A stretch of DNA of 64,000 nt from Limnothrix sp. BL-A-16 (GTDB taxonomy: Bacteria; Cyanobacteriota; Cyanobacteriia; CACIAM-69d), in assembly GCA_041937175.2 (NCBI GenBank), contig CP166615.1, positions 2,720,001 to 2,784,000 of the forward strand, in the 5' to 3' direction. A model generated the notes under the pieces. It did not search any database and was not told the origin of the DNA. It worked only from the letters and a program-made list of their open reading frames with translations. Shown one piece after another: positions 41,075 through 51,877 of the stretch (the first letter of the stretch is position 1; each line of letters opens with the position of its first letter). The position numbers and the translations under genes were made by a program.

Positions 41075-42595
41075 TTAGCTCAACCAACTCAGCAGCAAAC
41101 GCGGCGCAGGCAACACCACCAACACCAACAAGGCCAAGGCCAAAAAGCCCAATCCATCCCGTCGATCGTCCAGCGGGGTCACGTCGTCCAGGGCCGGTTG
41201 GCTAATGGCGGGCAAAAAGAAGACCAACAGGGCCAGCGCCAGGAATTCGCTGCGGGCCAAGGCCAGAACCAGCACGGCAAACCGGGTGATGTGGCCCACC
41301 AACATGGCTCCTTGGGTTCCCAGCATGGCGCGGACAATGCGCCCCCCATCTAAGGATCCAAGGGGCAACAGATGAAAGGCCCCCAACCAAAGGCCGATGT
41401 AACCCGCCAGGGCGATCGGGTGGAGGGCGATCGCCTTGCCGGGAACGAGGGCCGCGCCGAGGGTGGCTTTACTAATTAGGGTCAGGGCGATCGAGTAGCT
41501 GGGGTCGATCGAGCGCCAATTCAGCAACCCCGAGCCGGGCAAAGGATTCACCACCGTGGAGTGGGCCAACCCCCAAACCAACAGCGGCAGGGCCACCAAC
41601 AACCCCCCGATCGCCCCCCAAAAGCCCACATCAAACATGGCGCGGCGGTGGGGCATGGGCGATCGCAGGGGGGTGAACGCGCCCAGCGTTCCCAACAGGG
41701 CTGGAATGGGAATAAACAGCGGCAAGGAAACAGACACCCGATGGCGCTTAGCGGCCCAGTAGTGTCCCAGCTCATGGGCCCCCAAAACCAACAACAGCCC
41801 GATCGCGTAGGGCGCACCGGACTGAATAAAGGCCCAATCACGCACCAAATCTAGCTTCGGGTTCCGCAGCATCTCCGCCCCCATCAGGGTCATGGACAAC
41901 AGCGACAACCCCAGCAACCCCACCGACCAAACCACCTGCTTCCAGAGGGGTGGCTCTTGGCTCAGGGCTTGACCCAAGGGCGTGCGTTTGGGATTGGGAA
42001 CCAGGGCAAAGAAGGGCTTGCCGTTTTGACCTTCCTGGAAAATCACCAGAAATCGATCGCTAAACTTTTGGCGAATTTTGTCGCAAACTGTCCGGTAAGC
42101 CAGGGCCGGTTCCGCTCGCAATTGCCCATAGCAAAGGGCTGCTTGGGGACGATGTTCCACGCTGCTGAGATAAAACACCGACCAGGGAAAGCAATCTTGC
42201 AGGCTGGCTTCCTCGGTGCGATCGAGCAGGCGGGGCGAAATTTTGGCAGAGCCAAGGGCTTGGGCCAGGGCCAGGGCTTCGGCGGGACTGCTGGGATCCG
42301 CCAGCACCGAAATGGGGGATTCCAAATCCCCATGGGTGGACTGTTGGGGCCGGGCCGATCGCCCCTGTTGCACCAACCACACATAGAGCAAGGGACAGGC
42401 AATAAACGGCGGCAGGGCCAACCAGGGCGGCACGGGCTGGCCGGGGCCATTGGCCAGCGTCCAAGTCGTCCAAATCAAGGCCGGAGCCATCATCACCAAC
42501 CACAACACCCACACGGAGGCGCGTGTGATGCCGCTAACGCTCTGGCGGACAATAAAATATGCAACGATGCCGATCAACACTAGCCAAACAATCAT
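41075..42595 (-). CDS. Site-2 protease (peptidase M50)
   Basis: HELGH, HLLPLGSLDGG, multiple TM segments. Confidence 0.9.
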   Translation of the reverse strand: MIVWLVLIGIVAYFIVRQSVSGITRASVWVLWLVMMAPALIWTTWTLANGPGQPVPPWLALPPFIACPLLYVWLVQQGRSARPQQSTHGDLESPISVLADPSSPAEALALAQALGSAKISPRLLDRTEEASLQDCFPWSVFYLSSVEHRPQAALCYGQLRAEPALAYRTVCDKIRQKFSDRFLVIFQEGQNGKPFFALVPNPKRTPLGQALSQEPPLWKQVVWSVGLLGLSLLSMTLMGAEMLRNPKLDLVRDWAFIQSGAPYAIGLLLVLGAHELGHYWAAKRHRVSVSLPLFIPIPALLGTLGAFTPLRSPMPHRRAMFDVGFWGAIGGLLVALPLLVWGLAHSTVVNPLPGSGLLNWRSIDPSYSIALTLISKATLGAALVPGKAIALHPIALAGYIGLWLGAFHLLPLGSLDGGRIVRAMLGTQGAMLVGHITRFAVLVLALARSEFLALALLVFFLPAISQPALDDVTPLDDRRDGLGFLALALLVLVVLPAPRLLLSWLS

Positions 42596-42598
42596 CTG

Positions 42599-43432
42599 AT
42601 GCCCAAGCCACCGCAGGCTGTTTTCGATTCGATCTATGCCTTTCCGCCCAACCGCGACACGTTAGGCGGGACTGCTTATTTCATTGTAGGAAACTCGATC
42701 AACCCTGCTGACTCGGCCGACCATAATGGCCCACCGGCCAATTCATCAGATCATCCCTCTGCCCATAGTCTGCCAGGCAATATTCTGATCGATTGTCCGC
42801 CTTGGCACGAGGAAACAGCGGCTTTTTTGGCCCAGCATGGGGGGGTGCGTTGGTGGATTTTTACCCACCGCAGTTCCTTTGGCCCCCTGCAAACCGTGCG
42901 GGCCTTGCATCGGGCCTTCAGCACTCCGGCCGCAACCCTTGAGGAGGGCGAACCGGCCGCCCAATCCGCGGCCCCCCGCTGCGAATTGGTAGTGCAAGAG
43001 CAGGAGGCCTATCTGCTGCCCAATTTGCCAGTGACCCCGTTTCGAGAAGAAATGACCCTCAGTCCAGAACTGCGCGTGATTTGGACTCCCGGCCACACGC
43101 CCGGCTCGGCTTGCGTTTGGCTCGATCGGGCGGGGGGCATTTTGTTTAGTGGTCGTCATCTGTTGCCCACGCCCCAGGGGGAGTTGATGCCCCTCAAAAC
43201 CGCCAAAACCTTCCATTGGTTCCGCCAATTGCGATCGGTTCAGGCCTTGATCGATCGCTTTTCGCCGGCCGACCTGGCCCATTGTTGCCCGGGGGCGAGC
43301 GTGGGATTTTTGCGCGGGGCCCTGTCGGTCGATCGCGCCTATGAACGGCTCACGACCTTGAACTTGGCGGCCGCTAGGCTGGATCCGGTAGCGCTTCAGT
43401 CGCCGAGCCTGAGCGAAACACCTGACCAATAA
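42599..43432 (+). CDS. MBL-fold metallo-hydrolase-like protein
   Basis: NILIDCP, FTHR, WTPGHTPGS, LFSGRHL; the canonical HxHxDH is degenerate. Confidence 0.8.
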   Translation: MPKPPQAVFDSIYAFPPNRDTLGGTAYFIVGNSINPADSADHNGPPANSSDHPSAHSLPGNILIDCPPWHEETAAFLAQHGGVRWWIFTHRSSFGPLQTVRALHRAFSTPAATLEEGEPAAQSAAPRCELVVQEQEAYLLPNLPVTPFREEMTLSPELRVIWTPGHTPGSACVWLDRAGGILFSGRHLLPTPQGELMPLKTAKTFHWFRQLRSVQALIDRFSPADLAHCCPGASVGFLRGALSVDRAYERLTTLNLAAARLDPVALQSPSLSETPDQ

Positions 43433-44378
43433 TGTCCTCGATCGGGGGTTCCGTCACGCTCAGATCTTGCACCGGTAGCTGCTCCAGCAAGCGGGCGATC
43501 GTCGGGGTCAGCACCTCTCGCCGCACCAACAGTTGAACCGATCGCCCCTCGATCGCCACCACTTCCCCAAAATCTTGGAGTTGGGCCGTTGTCATTGGTT
43601 TGGCCAACTCCAACCGCACTTCCCGGTAGGGTGCGAATCGATCGACCAACCCCGAAAGGCTGCCGTCATAGATCGACGACCCCTCATGGATCAACAACAC
43701 GCGATCGCATAGGGCCGTGATGTCGCCCATGTAGTGGGACGTAAGCAAAATCGTCGCCCCATAGCGCTCGTTGTATTCCCGCAAGAAATCCCGCAAGTTA
43801 GCCTGGGCGTTCACATCCAAACCCAAGGTCGGCTCATCCAAAAACAACACCGCCGGCCGATGGAGCAGCGCCGCCAGCAACTCCGCCTTCATCCGCTCGC
43901 CCAAAGACAGCTTACGCACCGGCTGCGTCAGTTTGGACTCCAGCGCCAACAGTTCGCTCAGCTCGCCCACCCGCTGGGTCAGTTCCCGATCGCTCAGGCC
44001 ATACACCGCCCCGTTAATTCGCAACGAATCCCAAGCGGGCAAATCCCAAATTAATTGTTGCTTTTGCCCCATCACCAGGGCAATTTGATGTAAGAACGCC
44101 GACTCTCTGGCAAAGGGTTCATGGCCCGCCACCCGCACCCGACCGCCGGAGGGATAAATCAGCCCCGCCAGCATTTTCAATGTGGTGGTTTTGCCGGCCC
44201 CATTCGCCCCCAAAAACCCCACCACCTCGCCGGGGGCGATCGAAAACGACACGGACTTCACCGCCTCGATCGTTCGGTAGCGTCGTCGCCAAAAGTGGGC
44301 GATCGTCCCTTGCAGCCCCGGAGCCTTCAGGGCCACTTGATAGGACTTTTGCAGCCCCTCTGCTACCAACATCCCCAT
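43374..44378 (-). CDS. ABC transporter ATP-binding protein
   Basis: GANGAGKTT, LSLGERMK, FLDEPTLGLD, TSHYM. Confidence 0.92.
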   Translation of the reverse strand: MGMLVAEGLQKSYQVALKAPGLQGTIAHFWRRRYRTIEAVKSVSFSIAPGEVVGFLGANGAGKTTTLKMLAGLIYPSGGRVRVAGHEPFARESAFLHQIALVMGQKQQLIWDLPAWDSLRINGAVYGLSDRELTQRVGELSELLALESKLTQPVRKLSLGERMKAELLAALLHRPAVLFLDEPTLGLDVNAQANLRDFLREYNERYGATILLTSHYMGDITALCDRVLLIHEGSSIYDGSLSGLVDRFAPYREVRLELAKPMTTAQLQDFGEVVAIEGRSVQLLVRREVLTPTIARLLEQLPVQDLSVTEPPIEDIIGQVFRSGSATEALPDPA

Positions 44379-45076
44379 GGTTGCTCTCCCGTATTCGCAC
44401 AAACCCGATTCAACTCGCAAAAACCAGCACAAGGCTCAAAGAGGCTAAACCAAGCTGCACCAAGCGAAACCCCTGAGCGATCGGCGCTCCTAGCGTTCAT
44501 CGGTCACAACCCACGATGACAGCCGATGATGACAATGACTCATAGCTTAATTGGATATGTGATCACACAATTCAGAAATTGAGATAACCCAGACCATTAG
44601 CCATCACAACCAGCCACGATCTGAGTATCCAGCCAGAGAATAAATCTCTGAATACTGCCTGAGCATTTCCAAAATATTTACGAGGCAATTACAATATGTT
44701 TACAGACTCTTGATGAAGTTTTCCTAAGAGCAGTGTAAAACTTTTCCAAAAAGATCAACCGCAATGCTCAAAGACTCGCAATATATCAGTCGCGGTTGCT
44801 TTGGGGGTGCTAAAATTTCACGTTTAGGCGCTGTTGTTTGTTAGAATTTTTCAATCTTTGAAATTAATCGCATTACTTTCCTTAACAACCACTCATGCCA
44901 ACACCAAGACCTGATCTCCCTTGGCGACCCCTTGCCCAAACTCTCTCCGGGCCATTTTCTAACCCCTGTTGAGCGACCTGAAACCCCATCAAGCCAACCG
45001 CTTTTGACGTTTTAAAGTACCTCAACATAACTGACATGAAGGTTATGTCTAGCCATCTTGCAGGAGCTTCAAAATT

Positions 45077-45271
45077 ATGCACTTTATGAGCGATCTGGGT
45101 ATTGATCTTATTTCTATGATCCATTACCTGCAATCCCAAACCCTAACCCACGAGGAAATGAGTTGGGTACGAAGCCTAAATATTCAACAAATTGTTGAGT
45201 TGGCTTCCCAAAAGGGTTATCACCTTGTGGGTAGTGATTTGATCAATTCTGACCAAATGCAACTGAAATAG
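45077..45271 (+). CDS. Small hypothetical protein, weakly Nif11-leader-like
   Basis: QQIVELASQKGYHLVGSDL resembles the Nif11 leader pattern VVAIAKEAGF.I...DL. Confidence 0.4.
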   Translation: MHFMSDLGIDLISMIHYLQSQTLTHEEMSWVRSLNIQQIVELASQKGYHLVGSDLINSDQMQLK

Positions 45272-45431
45272 TTTTCGGCAATAGCTGTCAGCCGCTTCAA
45301 TTGACAGCTTGATCAACAATCTCAATGAACAGGGAATTTGGACGAGACACCGCGATCGCGCCAGCCCACAGCCGTTCTTGAAAAACGCCTCAACCCGTAT
45401 CTTTGTTGCGAAACGCTTTAGCCAAGTAATA

Positions 45432-45602
45432 GACCTCTTGCGCGAATCAGCTAATAGCCCTCATCCCCCAACCCCTTCTCCCAAGGGGGGCGAAGGGGAG
45501 CCAGAAAACGGGAGTTACGGCGATTTCGTTGTTGATTTTCAAGTCCCTCTCCCGACTTGGGAGAGGGATTTAGGGTGAGGGTCTTAATTGATGCAAGAGA
45601 TC
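45432..45602. mobile_element. MITE sharing ends with the adjacent IS5-family element
   Basis: TA|GACCTCTTGCGCGAAT ... TGATGCAAGAGATC|TA; internal hairpin-rich CCCTCATCCCCCAACCCCTTCTCCC...GGGAGAGGGATTTAGGGTGAGGG. Confidence 0.75.
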
Positions 45603-45668
45603 TAATGCCTTGAGCGAAGCAATTCAATAACAACGATCGCACGGCAGTAAGCGTGATCGTTGTTATTA

Positions 45669-46570
45669 GACCTCTTGCACGAATAAAGGAGTAATGTAGA
45701 AAGTCGTCGTCACCATCCCTGGGAGATGCTCTACGAAAACCTTGCATCACTTCCCCCATCGCAATTTCGCCGCGCTTGTGGCTTCAGTCGCTCTACCTTC
45801 CAAGCCATGCTCGATGTCCTCCGTCCCGCCCTCGACCGTAGCGGCAAACGCGGTGGACAAAATAGCCTCAGCGTGGAGAATCAACTCCTGCTGACCCTGC
45901 AATACTGGCGCGAGTATCGCACCCAATTCCATATCGGTCTTGATTTCGGGGTCTCAGAAGCGACCGTCTGTCGGATCATCAACCGCGTTGAGACTGTCTT
46001 GGTCAAAAGTGGTCGGTTTGCGTTGCCCGGCAAACGCCGCCTCTTAGACCCCGAGGCTGATGAGTCAGTAGTGGTGATTGATGTGACCGAAGTCGCCATT
46101 GAACGACCCAAAAAAAACAGCGTGCTTACTACAGCGGCAAGCAGAAGCAACATACGCTGAAAGGGCAATTGGTGATTGATTGGCGCTCCGGTCAATTCCT
46201 GGCCGCGGCGATGGGTCGAGGTCGCACCCATGACCTGCGGCTTTGGCGTGAGAGTGCTTTTCGTTTAGCTCCAGACCGGCTGTGTCTAGCGGATAGTGGG
46301 TATCAAGGGCTAGCTCGTCACCATGAGGCCACGATCCTCCCGAAACGGAAACCACCTCGAAAGTCTCTGCCGGAGGTGGAAAAAGCTTGCAATCAGGCGT
46401 TGGCTGCGGTGCGCATTCGGATTGAGCATGCCATTCGTCGCTTGAAGCGATTTCGGATTTTCTCAGGACGCTATCGCAATCGTCGTCGCCGTTTTGGCTT
46501 GAGGCTCCATCTGTTAGCTGGGTTGCTCAACTACCAGGCAATGCATCCAATTTGATTCGTGCAAGAGGTC
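45669..46570 (+). mobile_element. IS5-family insertion sequence (ISL2/IS702-like), ~900 bp
   Basis: Perfect 16-bp TIRs GACCTCTTGCACGAAT / ATTCGTGCAAGAGGTC flanked by TA on both sides; encodes a transposase. Confidence 0.92.
45726..46555 (+). CDS. IS5-family transposase, two ORFs joined by a -1 frameshift at A8 (46110-46117)
   Basis: orfA has an HTH (YWREYRTQFHIGLDFGVSEATVCR) and ends ...IDVTEVAIERPKK; the -1 frame continues KQRAYYSGKQKQHTLK...LADSGYQG...RIRIEHAIRRLK (DDE). Confidence 0.9.
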
Positions 46571-46616
46571 TATTGAATAGTCTCAGAAAGAATAGTCTCA
46601 GAAATCATCGATTCAG

Positions 46617-46649
46617 AATGACGGGCGGTTGTTCAAGCCACCCGTCATT
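46617..46649. terminator. Hairpin downstream of hemA and the IS, probable terminator
   Basis: AATGACGGG...CCCGTCATT inverted repeat between convergent genes. Confidence 0.5.
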
Positions 46650-46654
46650 TCTAA

Positions 46655-46780
46655 GAGGATGTCTGAAAAGCCAAAATTGCTACTCTGTACGCCCCAGTGA
46701 TCGACTTAGACAAGATGCTCAAGCCCCTTCCACGACTATTGGTGCTTGCCCGTGCCAAAGAATACTTTTTAAACATCCTC
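46655..46780. mobile_element. MITE, 126 bp, TAA target duplication
   Basis: TAA|GAGGATGTCTGAAAAG ... CTTTTTAAACATCCTC|TAA; internal CAAGATGCTCAAGCCCCTT. Confidence 0.8.
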
Positions 46781-46807
46781 TAAGGATCTGGCAGCGACTG
46801 AGGCAGC

Positions 46808-48094
46808 CTAGGCGGCACTGTCGGCGGTTTCCAGATTGAACAGCACTTGCAGGGTTTGCATGGCCTGCTGACGGGCTTCAATGTCTTGCTGGGCCCGCAG
46901 TTGCACCATGGGATCGTGCAGAATTTTGTTGACGATGCCACGGGTGAGGGCTTCGATCGTTTCCTGGTGCTTTTCGGCAAATTCTGACCCCAGACGAGAC
47001 AGGGCTTTTTCGAGTTCTTGGGTACGGATGGTTTCGACTTTGCGGCGCAGGCTGTCGATGGTGGAAACGGTGTCTAGGGATTGCAACCAGGCTTCAAAGG
47101 CTTCGGCTTCTTCGTCAAGCAGGGCTTCGGCTTCGATCGCCATTTTGCGGCGGCTTTCGTGGTTTTGGGCCACCACTTCTTTCAAGTCGTCCACGTCAAA
47201 GGCCTGCACGCCGGGCAATTCATTCACATCGCTGGCAATGTTGCGGGGCACGGAAATATCAAAGAGCATCAGCGATCGATTCTCGGGCAAGATGGCTTCC
47301 AGCTTGGCGCGATCGAGGATGGGTTCCGTGGCGGAGGTGCTGGTGAACACGAGGTCTGAAGCGGCGATCGTGCTCATCATGCTCGGCAGGGGGTGCAGAT
47401 TGAGCTTCGCATCCGGAAAACGGCGAGCCAGTTCTTCTGCCCGTTCGAGCGATCGATTCACGATCGCAATTTGGGTCGCGCCCTTGGAGAGCAAATGTTG
47501 CACCAACAGGCGAGACATTTTGCCGGCCCCAACAATGGCCACGCGACAGGGCGACAGATCCGGCACTTTCAGTTGCGCCAATTCCACGGCGGCGGAACTG
47601 ATGGACACGGCTCCCGTGCCGATGCTGGTTTCGGTACGGACGCGCTTACCGGCGGTAATTGCCTGTTTCAGCAATCGATTCAGGATGCGGGCAATTCCCT
47701 TGTAGTCCTGACCGAGTTTATAGGCGTTTTTCACCTGCGAGAGGATCTGACCTTCACCGAGCACCAAACTATCCAAGCCGGCCGCCACTCGCATCAGATG
47801 CATCACCGCATCCTGGCGCAACAGAACAAACAGGTGGTGGCGCAAGGCTTCCAGGGGCAGCTTACTGCGCTCTGCCAAGATTTCAACCACTTCCTGCACG
47901 CCGCGATCGACCTCACTCAGAACGCAATAGAGTTCTAGTCGGTTGCAGGTGCTGAGGATTGCCACTTCTTCCACATGGGAGCAACTCCTTAAGCTGGCGA
48001 TTGCTGCCTCGACCTGTGGTTCGGGAATGCTCAATTTTTCGCGCACTTCAACCGGAGCCGTCTTGTGGCTCAGTCCGATCACAGCAATATTCAT
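46808..48094 (-). CDS. hemA: Glutamyl-tRNA reductase
   Basis: [43 protein letters not shown]. Confidence 0.97.
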   Translation of the reverse strand: MNIAVIGLSHKTAPVEVREKLSIPEPQVEAAIASLRSCSHVEEVAILSTCNRLELYCVLSEVDRGVQEVVEILAERSKLPLEALRHHLFVLLRQDAVMHLMRVAAGLDSLVLGEGQILSQVKNAYKLGQDYKGIARILNRLLKQAITAGKRVRTETSIGTGAVSISSAAVELAQLKVPDLSPCRVAIVGAGKMSRLLVQHLLSKGATQIAIVNRSLERAEELARRFPDAKLNLHPLPSMMSTIAASDLVFTSTSATEPILDRAKLEAILPENRSLMLFDISVPRNIASDVNELPGVQAFDVDDLKEVVAQNHESRRKMAIEAEALLDEEAEAFEAWLQSLDTVSTIDSLRRKVETIRTQELEKALSRLGSEFAEKHQETIEALTRGIVNKILHDPMVQLRAQQDIEARQQAMQTLQVLFNLETADSAA

Positions 48095-48574
48095 ATGGCC
48101 TCTTGCTAAAACGTACTCAAACGGCGTTGAAAGTTCGACTTTAACGGATTTACCAATCGTCGGGCGATCGGTCTATAGAAACTTTGACACTTGATTGGGC
48201 CAAGCTGGGTTGGGATTAGCCAAATTTCAGGGATTTTAGTTCAGGGATTTTAAGAAAAGGGGGGAGCGATCGCCAACCGCTGGTTAGCTTATACCCCCTG
48301 GTTGAGTAATGATCAAACGATTGCTGGGGGAGTTTGGTCTGAGGCTAAGGCTACCGAAACGGCGATCGACTTCATGAATGCAACAAAACGTCAATTTCTA
48401 GTTTTCGGTTAACAATCTTCTGGCCATGGGCATTTGGTCAAAATTTGCTGTTGGCAGTCTGAGACGCGATCGGCCCAGCAGCACCACTCCACAACCCCAG
48501 AGACCTGTAGACATGGCAATGGCTTGCCGCGATCGCCAAAGCGACCTCAGCAAGCCACTACAAACCGTCAGCCC

Positions 48575-49612
48575 CTACTTCAGTTGCAGAACCGAGGGCT
48601 TACCGAATTGGTGAATGGTGTCCACAAAGCGCACCGTGCGGGACTGGCTGGAGATGACCAAGCTTTGAGTCCGCGCACCACCGCCAAAGAAGCGAACGCC
48701 TTCCATCAGCACACCGGGGGTGATCCCGCAGGCGGCGAAGAGGACGTTTTCGCCCGAAGCCAACTCGTCAGCGTTGTACACCCGATCGGGATCGGTAATG
48801 CCCATGCTGGTCAGGCGCTCCAGGTTTTTCTCCTTGCTTTCGCCAATCAGACCGGTCTTCACGATTTCGGGATCGTAAATCAGTTGACCTTGGAAGTGAC
48901 CATCGACGCAGCGCATGGCGGCGGCGGAAATCACACCCTCGGGAGCCGCACCAATCCCCATCAGGGCATGGACGTTCGTCCCAGAGAAAGCACAGCAGAT
49001 AGCCGCTGACACGTCGCCATCGCTGATCAAGCGAACGCGCGCACCGGCTTCCCGGATTTCAGCAATCAGATCTTTGTGCCGGGGGCGATCCATCACGATC
49101 ACCACCAACTCTTCGATCGAGCGGTGCAAACATTCCGACAGGATCTTCAGGTTTTCGGTGGCCGACTTGTTAATGTCCACCTTGCCCTTGGCTGCCGGAG
49201 GTGCTGCCAACTTCTTCATGTAGAAGTCGGGAGCCGCAAACAGACCGCCCTTATCGGCGATCGCCAACACCGCCATCGAACCGTTTTGGCCATAGGCCAC
49301 CAAGTTCGTACCCTCGCAGGGGTCAACAGCAATGTCAATTTCTACCAACTCGTCAGGGTTGCAGCTCTGGGCACCGTCGGGCGTTGCGCAGATCCCCACC
49401 TCTTCACCGATGAACAGCATGGGCGCATCATCGCGCTCACCTTCACCGATCACGATCCGGCCGCGCATATGGATCTTATTCATCCGCTCCCGCATGGCTT
49501 CCACGGCCACTTGGTCAGCGGTGTTCTTTTCACCTTTGCCCATCCAACGAGCAGACGCAATTGCTGCTTGTTCGACGACCTCAATAATTTCTAAACCGAG
49601 GGTAGTTTCCAC
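48575..49612 (-). CDS. glpX: Class II fructose-1,6-/sedoheptulose-1,7-bisphosphatase
   Basis: [40 protein letters not shown]. Confidence 0.96.
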   Translation of the reverse strand: METTLGLEIIEVVEQAAIASARWMGKGEKNTADQVAVEAMRERMNKIHMRGRIVIGEGERDDAPMLFIGEEVGICATPDGAQSCNPDELVEIDIAVDPCEGTNLVAYGQNGSMAVLAIADKGGLFAAPDFYMKKLAAPPAAKGKVDINKSATENLKILSECLHRSIEELVVIVMDRPRHKDLIAEIREAGARVRLISDGDVSAAICCAFSGTNVHALMGIGAAPEGVISAAAMRCVDGHFQGQLIYDPEIVKTGLIGESKEKNLERLTSMGITDPDRVYNADELASGENVLFAACGITPGVLMEGVRFFGGGARTQSLVISSQSRTVRFVDTIHQFGKPSVLQLK

Positions 49613-49950
49613 AAAAATCTCCTTCCCAAGTGCTGGCCAACGAAACCCCAGAGTCGTTCGGGCTTGCTCAGTTAGTCTATCAAAGGGGGGCGATCGCGCC
49701 GAACTCTTCTACCAGAACCCGGCTGTAAAGATTTGTGGGAACTGGGATCGATCCCCATAGCCTTCTAACAAAGCGAAAGCCCCACCCGTGACAGGTGGGG
49801 CTAAAAGGGGGCTGAAATGACTGTTTCAACGGAAGGCTTAACCACCGAAGCAGTCCGGTGAATGACCCTGACCCCGATCAAGGATCGCAGGTCTAGGGGA
49901 ATTCACCATCAGCCTTAACAGCGCTAGGGCAAGCACTAGCGTGAAGGGTT

Positions 49951-51663
49951 CTAGAACACGAAGGTTGTCCGCAGCGTACCAATCACGACATCATCGTTGT
50001 CGTTGTCTTGGTTCGGGTTCATCTGCCAGATCACACCCGGGGTGATCGAGATCCAGTCGTTCACCGCGTACTTGTAGAACACTTCCACTTGCAGCGGGAT
50101 ATCGGTCTCCACATCATCGTCATCAATGTTGGTCAGGTAGGGCTGAGCACCCACAAAGATGCCACCCAGGTTCCCTTCCTTGCCGAGGTCAGGCAGGGCC
50201 AAGCCCAAAGCGTAGTACCAAATGTCGGCATCATCAAAGCTGCCGCCCTTCGAGTCAACGCCCGTGTAGCCCACGAAGCCGGTCAGAGCCACCTTGGGGC
50301 TGAATTGGTAGTAACCTTGCAGACCAACCGAATTGGAGGTTACAGCATCCTGTTGGGGCAACACGTTGGCCGCCAGAGTGCCCGTGAAGCCGCTGACAAA
50401 ACCGGCGTTATCAAAGCCGAATTCGCCTTCGCCAAAGTAGGAGTAGTTATAGGTCAGACCCAAGCCAAAGGTTTTGGCATCGTTCGTGTAGGTCAACTGG
50501 GCCATGGCCGAGAATTGACCGTCGAACAGGCCGCCTTCGCCCACACCGTCGCCACTGCGGGGGTTAGCCGCTTCACCGGCCAGGTAACCAGCCGACAGTT
50601 GCCAGTTTTCGCTGAAGTCATACTTCACGCCAATCCCAGCACCACCGCCCAGACGGTAGATGGGGCTGCGTTGGGAGAAGGTGGACAGGGAACCACGACC
50701 ACCGTCGTAGTCTTCGAAGTAGGGGTTCAGGGTGTTGGAGATGTCATCCCATACGCCCGCGTTGGCCATCAGGTAACCGCGGCCTTTTTCCCCGATCGGG
50801 AATTGGTATTGCAACGTATCCAAGGTGAACTGGTTGCCGGTGTCGCCAAACACTTGGTTGGTCAACACGGTTTCGCCAGCCACGCCGTTGAAGCCCTTGG
50901 AGTTACCCACTTGCAGGCGGGTGATCAACAGGTCTTTGCCGCTGAAGCTGGTGTTGAAGTTCAGGCGAACACGGTTTTGGAACACCACTTGGTTGTCGTC
51001 ACCGTTGTCGCCATTGAAGGCATCCCCCAGATCATCCAGGTTGGCCGAGGTGGCACCGGCCAGCATCATGATGGCTTCGCCGGTCAGCTTGGTGGTGGTG
51101 GAGAATTGGGTTTTCTCCAGGTAAGAAATCCGACCTTCCAGGGTGTCTACGCGACCGCGCAGCGCGGCCAGCTCGGTCTTGAACATGTCCTGCAATTTCT
51201 TCAGGACTTCCAGATCGGCCTTGGTGGCGTAGTCGGCCACGTTGGTCACGAGCAGTTCTTGGATTCGATCGAGGCAAGCATTCAAACCAGCCGCGAACTC
51301 GTAGCGAGTCATGGCCCGGTTGCCCTTGTAGGTTCCGTCGGGGTAACCGGCGATGCAACCGTAACGCTCAACCAACGATTGCAGGGCTTGGAAGGCCCAA
51401 TCGGTGGGTTGCACGTCCGACAATTGCGACACGGAGGTCACTTGCTCGGCGCTGTTGGCACGGCGAGCGCGGCCCTCGCGGCCATACTGGTTGAGCTGGT
51501 CGAGGTTGCTCAGGGTCGAGCCGTCGCCAGTCGCTTCCAGAGCGCTCACCGACGGCACGGTGGTTGAAGAAACTTGTTGGGCTGAAGCCGGCGAGGCTGC
51601 CACAACCGCAGCGCCCAGGATCGCCGGGCTAGCCAGCAGGGCTTTCCAAATCAACTTTGACAT
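49951..51663 (-). CDS. SLH-domain outer membrane porin (OprB/SomA-like)
   Basis: QVTSVSQLSDVQPTDWAFQALQSLVERYGC, FSTTTKLTGE, C-terminal GTLRTTFVF. Confidence 0.95.
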   Translation of the reverse strand: MSKLIWKALLASPAILGAAVVAASPASAQQVSSTTVPSVSALEATGDGSTLSNLDQLNQYGREGRARRANSAEQVTSVSQLSDVQPTDWAFQALQSLVERYGCIAGYPDGTYKGNRAMTRYEFAAGLNACLDRIQELLVTNVADYATKADLEVLKKLQDMFKTELAALRGRVDTLEGRISYLEKTQFSTTTKLTGEAIMMLAGATSANLDDLGDAFNGDNGDDNQVVFQNRVRLNFNTSFSGKDLLITRLQVGNSKGFNGVAGETVLTNQVFGDTGNQFTLDTLQYQFPIGEKGRGYLMANAGVWDDISNTLNPYFEDYDGGRGSLSTFSQRSPIYRLGGGAGIGVKYDFSENWQLSAGYLAGEAANPRSGDGVGEGGLFDGQFSAMAQLTYTNDAKTFGLGLTYNYSYFGEGEFGFDNAGFVSGFTGTLAANVLPQQDAVTSNSVGLQGYYQFSPKVALTGFVGYTGVDSKGGSFDDADIWYYALGLALPDLGKEGNLGGIFVGAQPYLTNIDDDDVETDIPLQVEVFYKYAVNDWISITPGVIWQMNPNQDNDNDDVVIGTLRTTFVF

Positions 51664-51877
51664 TACGCTCTCCTATCCTCACACCTGTCTGGAAGATGGT
51701 CTGAAAAATCGCAGCAAGGCGATTCGGGCCGAATTTTCCATATCACCTTTATAGAGTACCACTGAAAATTAGTGACCGCTGCCGAAAATCCCAATCGGTT
51801 TGTGGGCGTGCGATCGCAAGACTTTCCAAAGTTTTCAAAAAATTTTTTGAGGAGGCTGAGCGGGTTTTCTGGCCCCT

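Noticed and set aside
50008..51567. 519-aa plus-strand ORF
   Set aside because: Antisense shadow of the codon-biased porin gene; no recognisable motifs.
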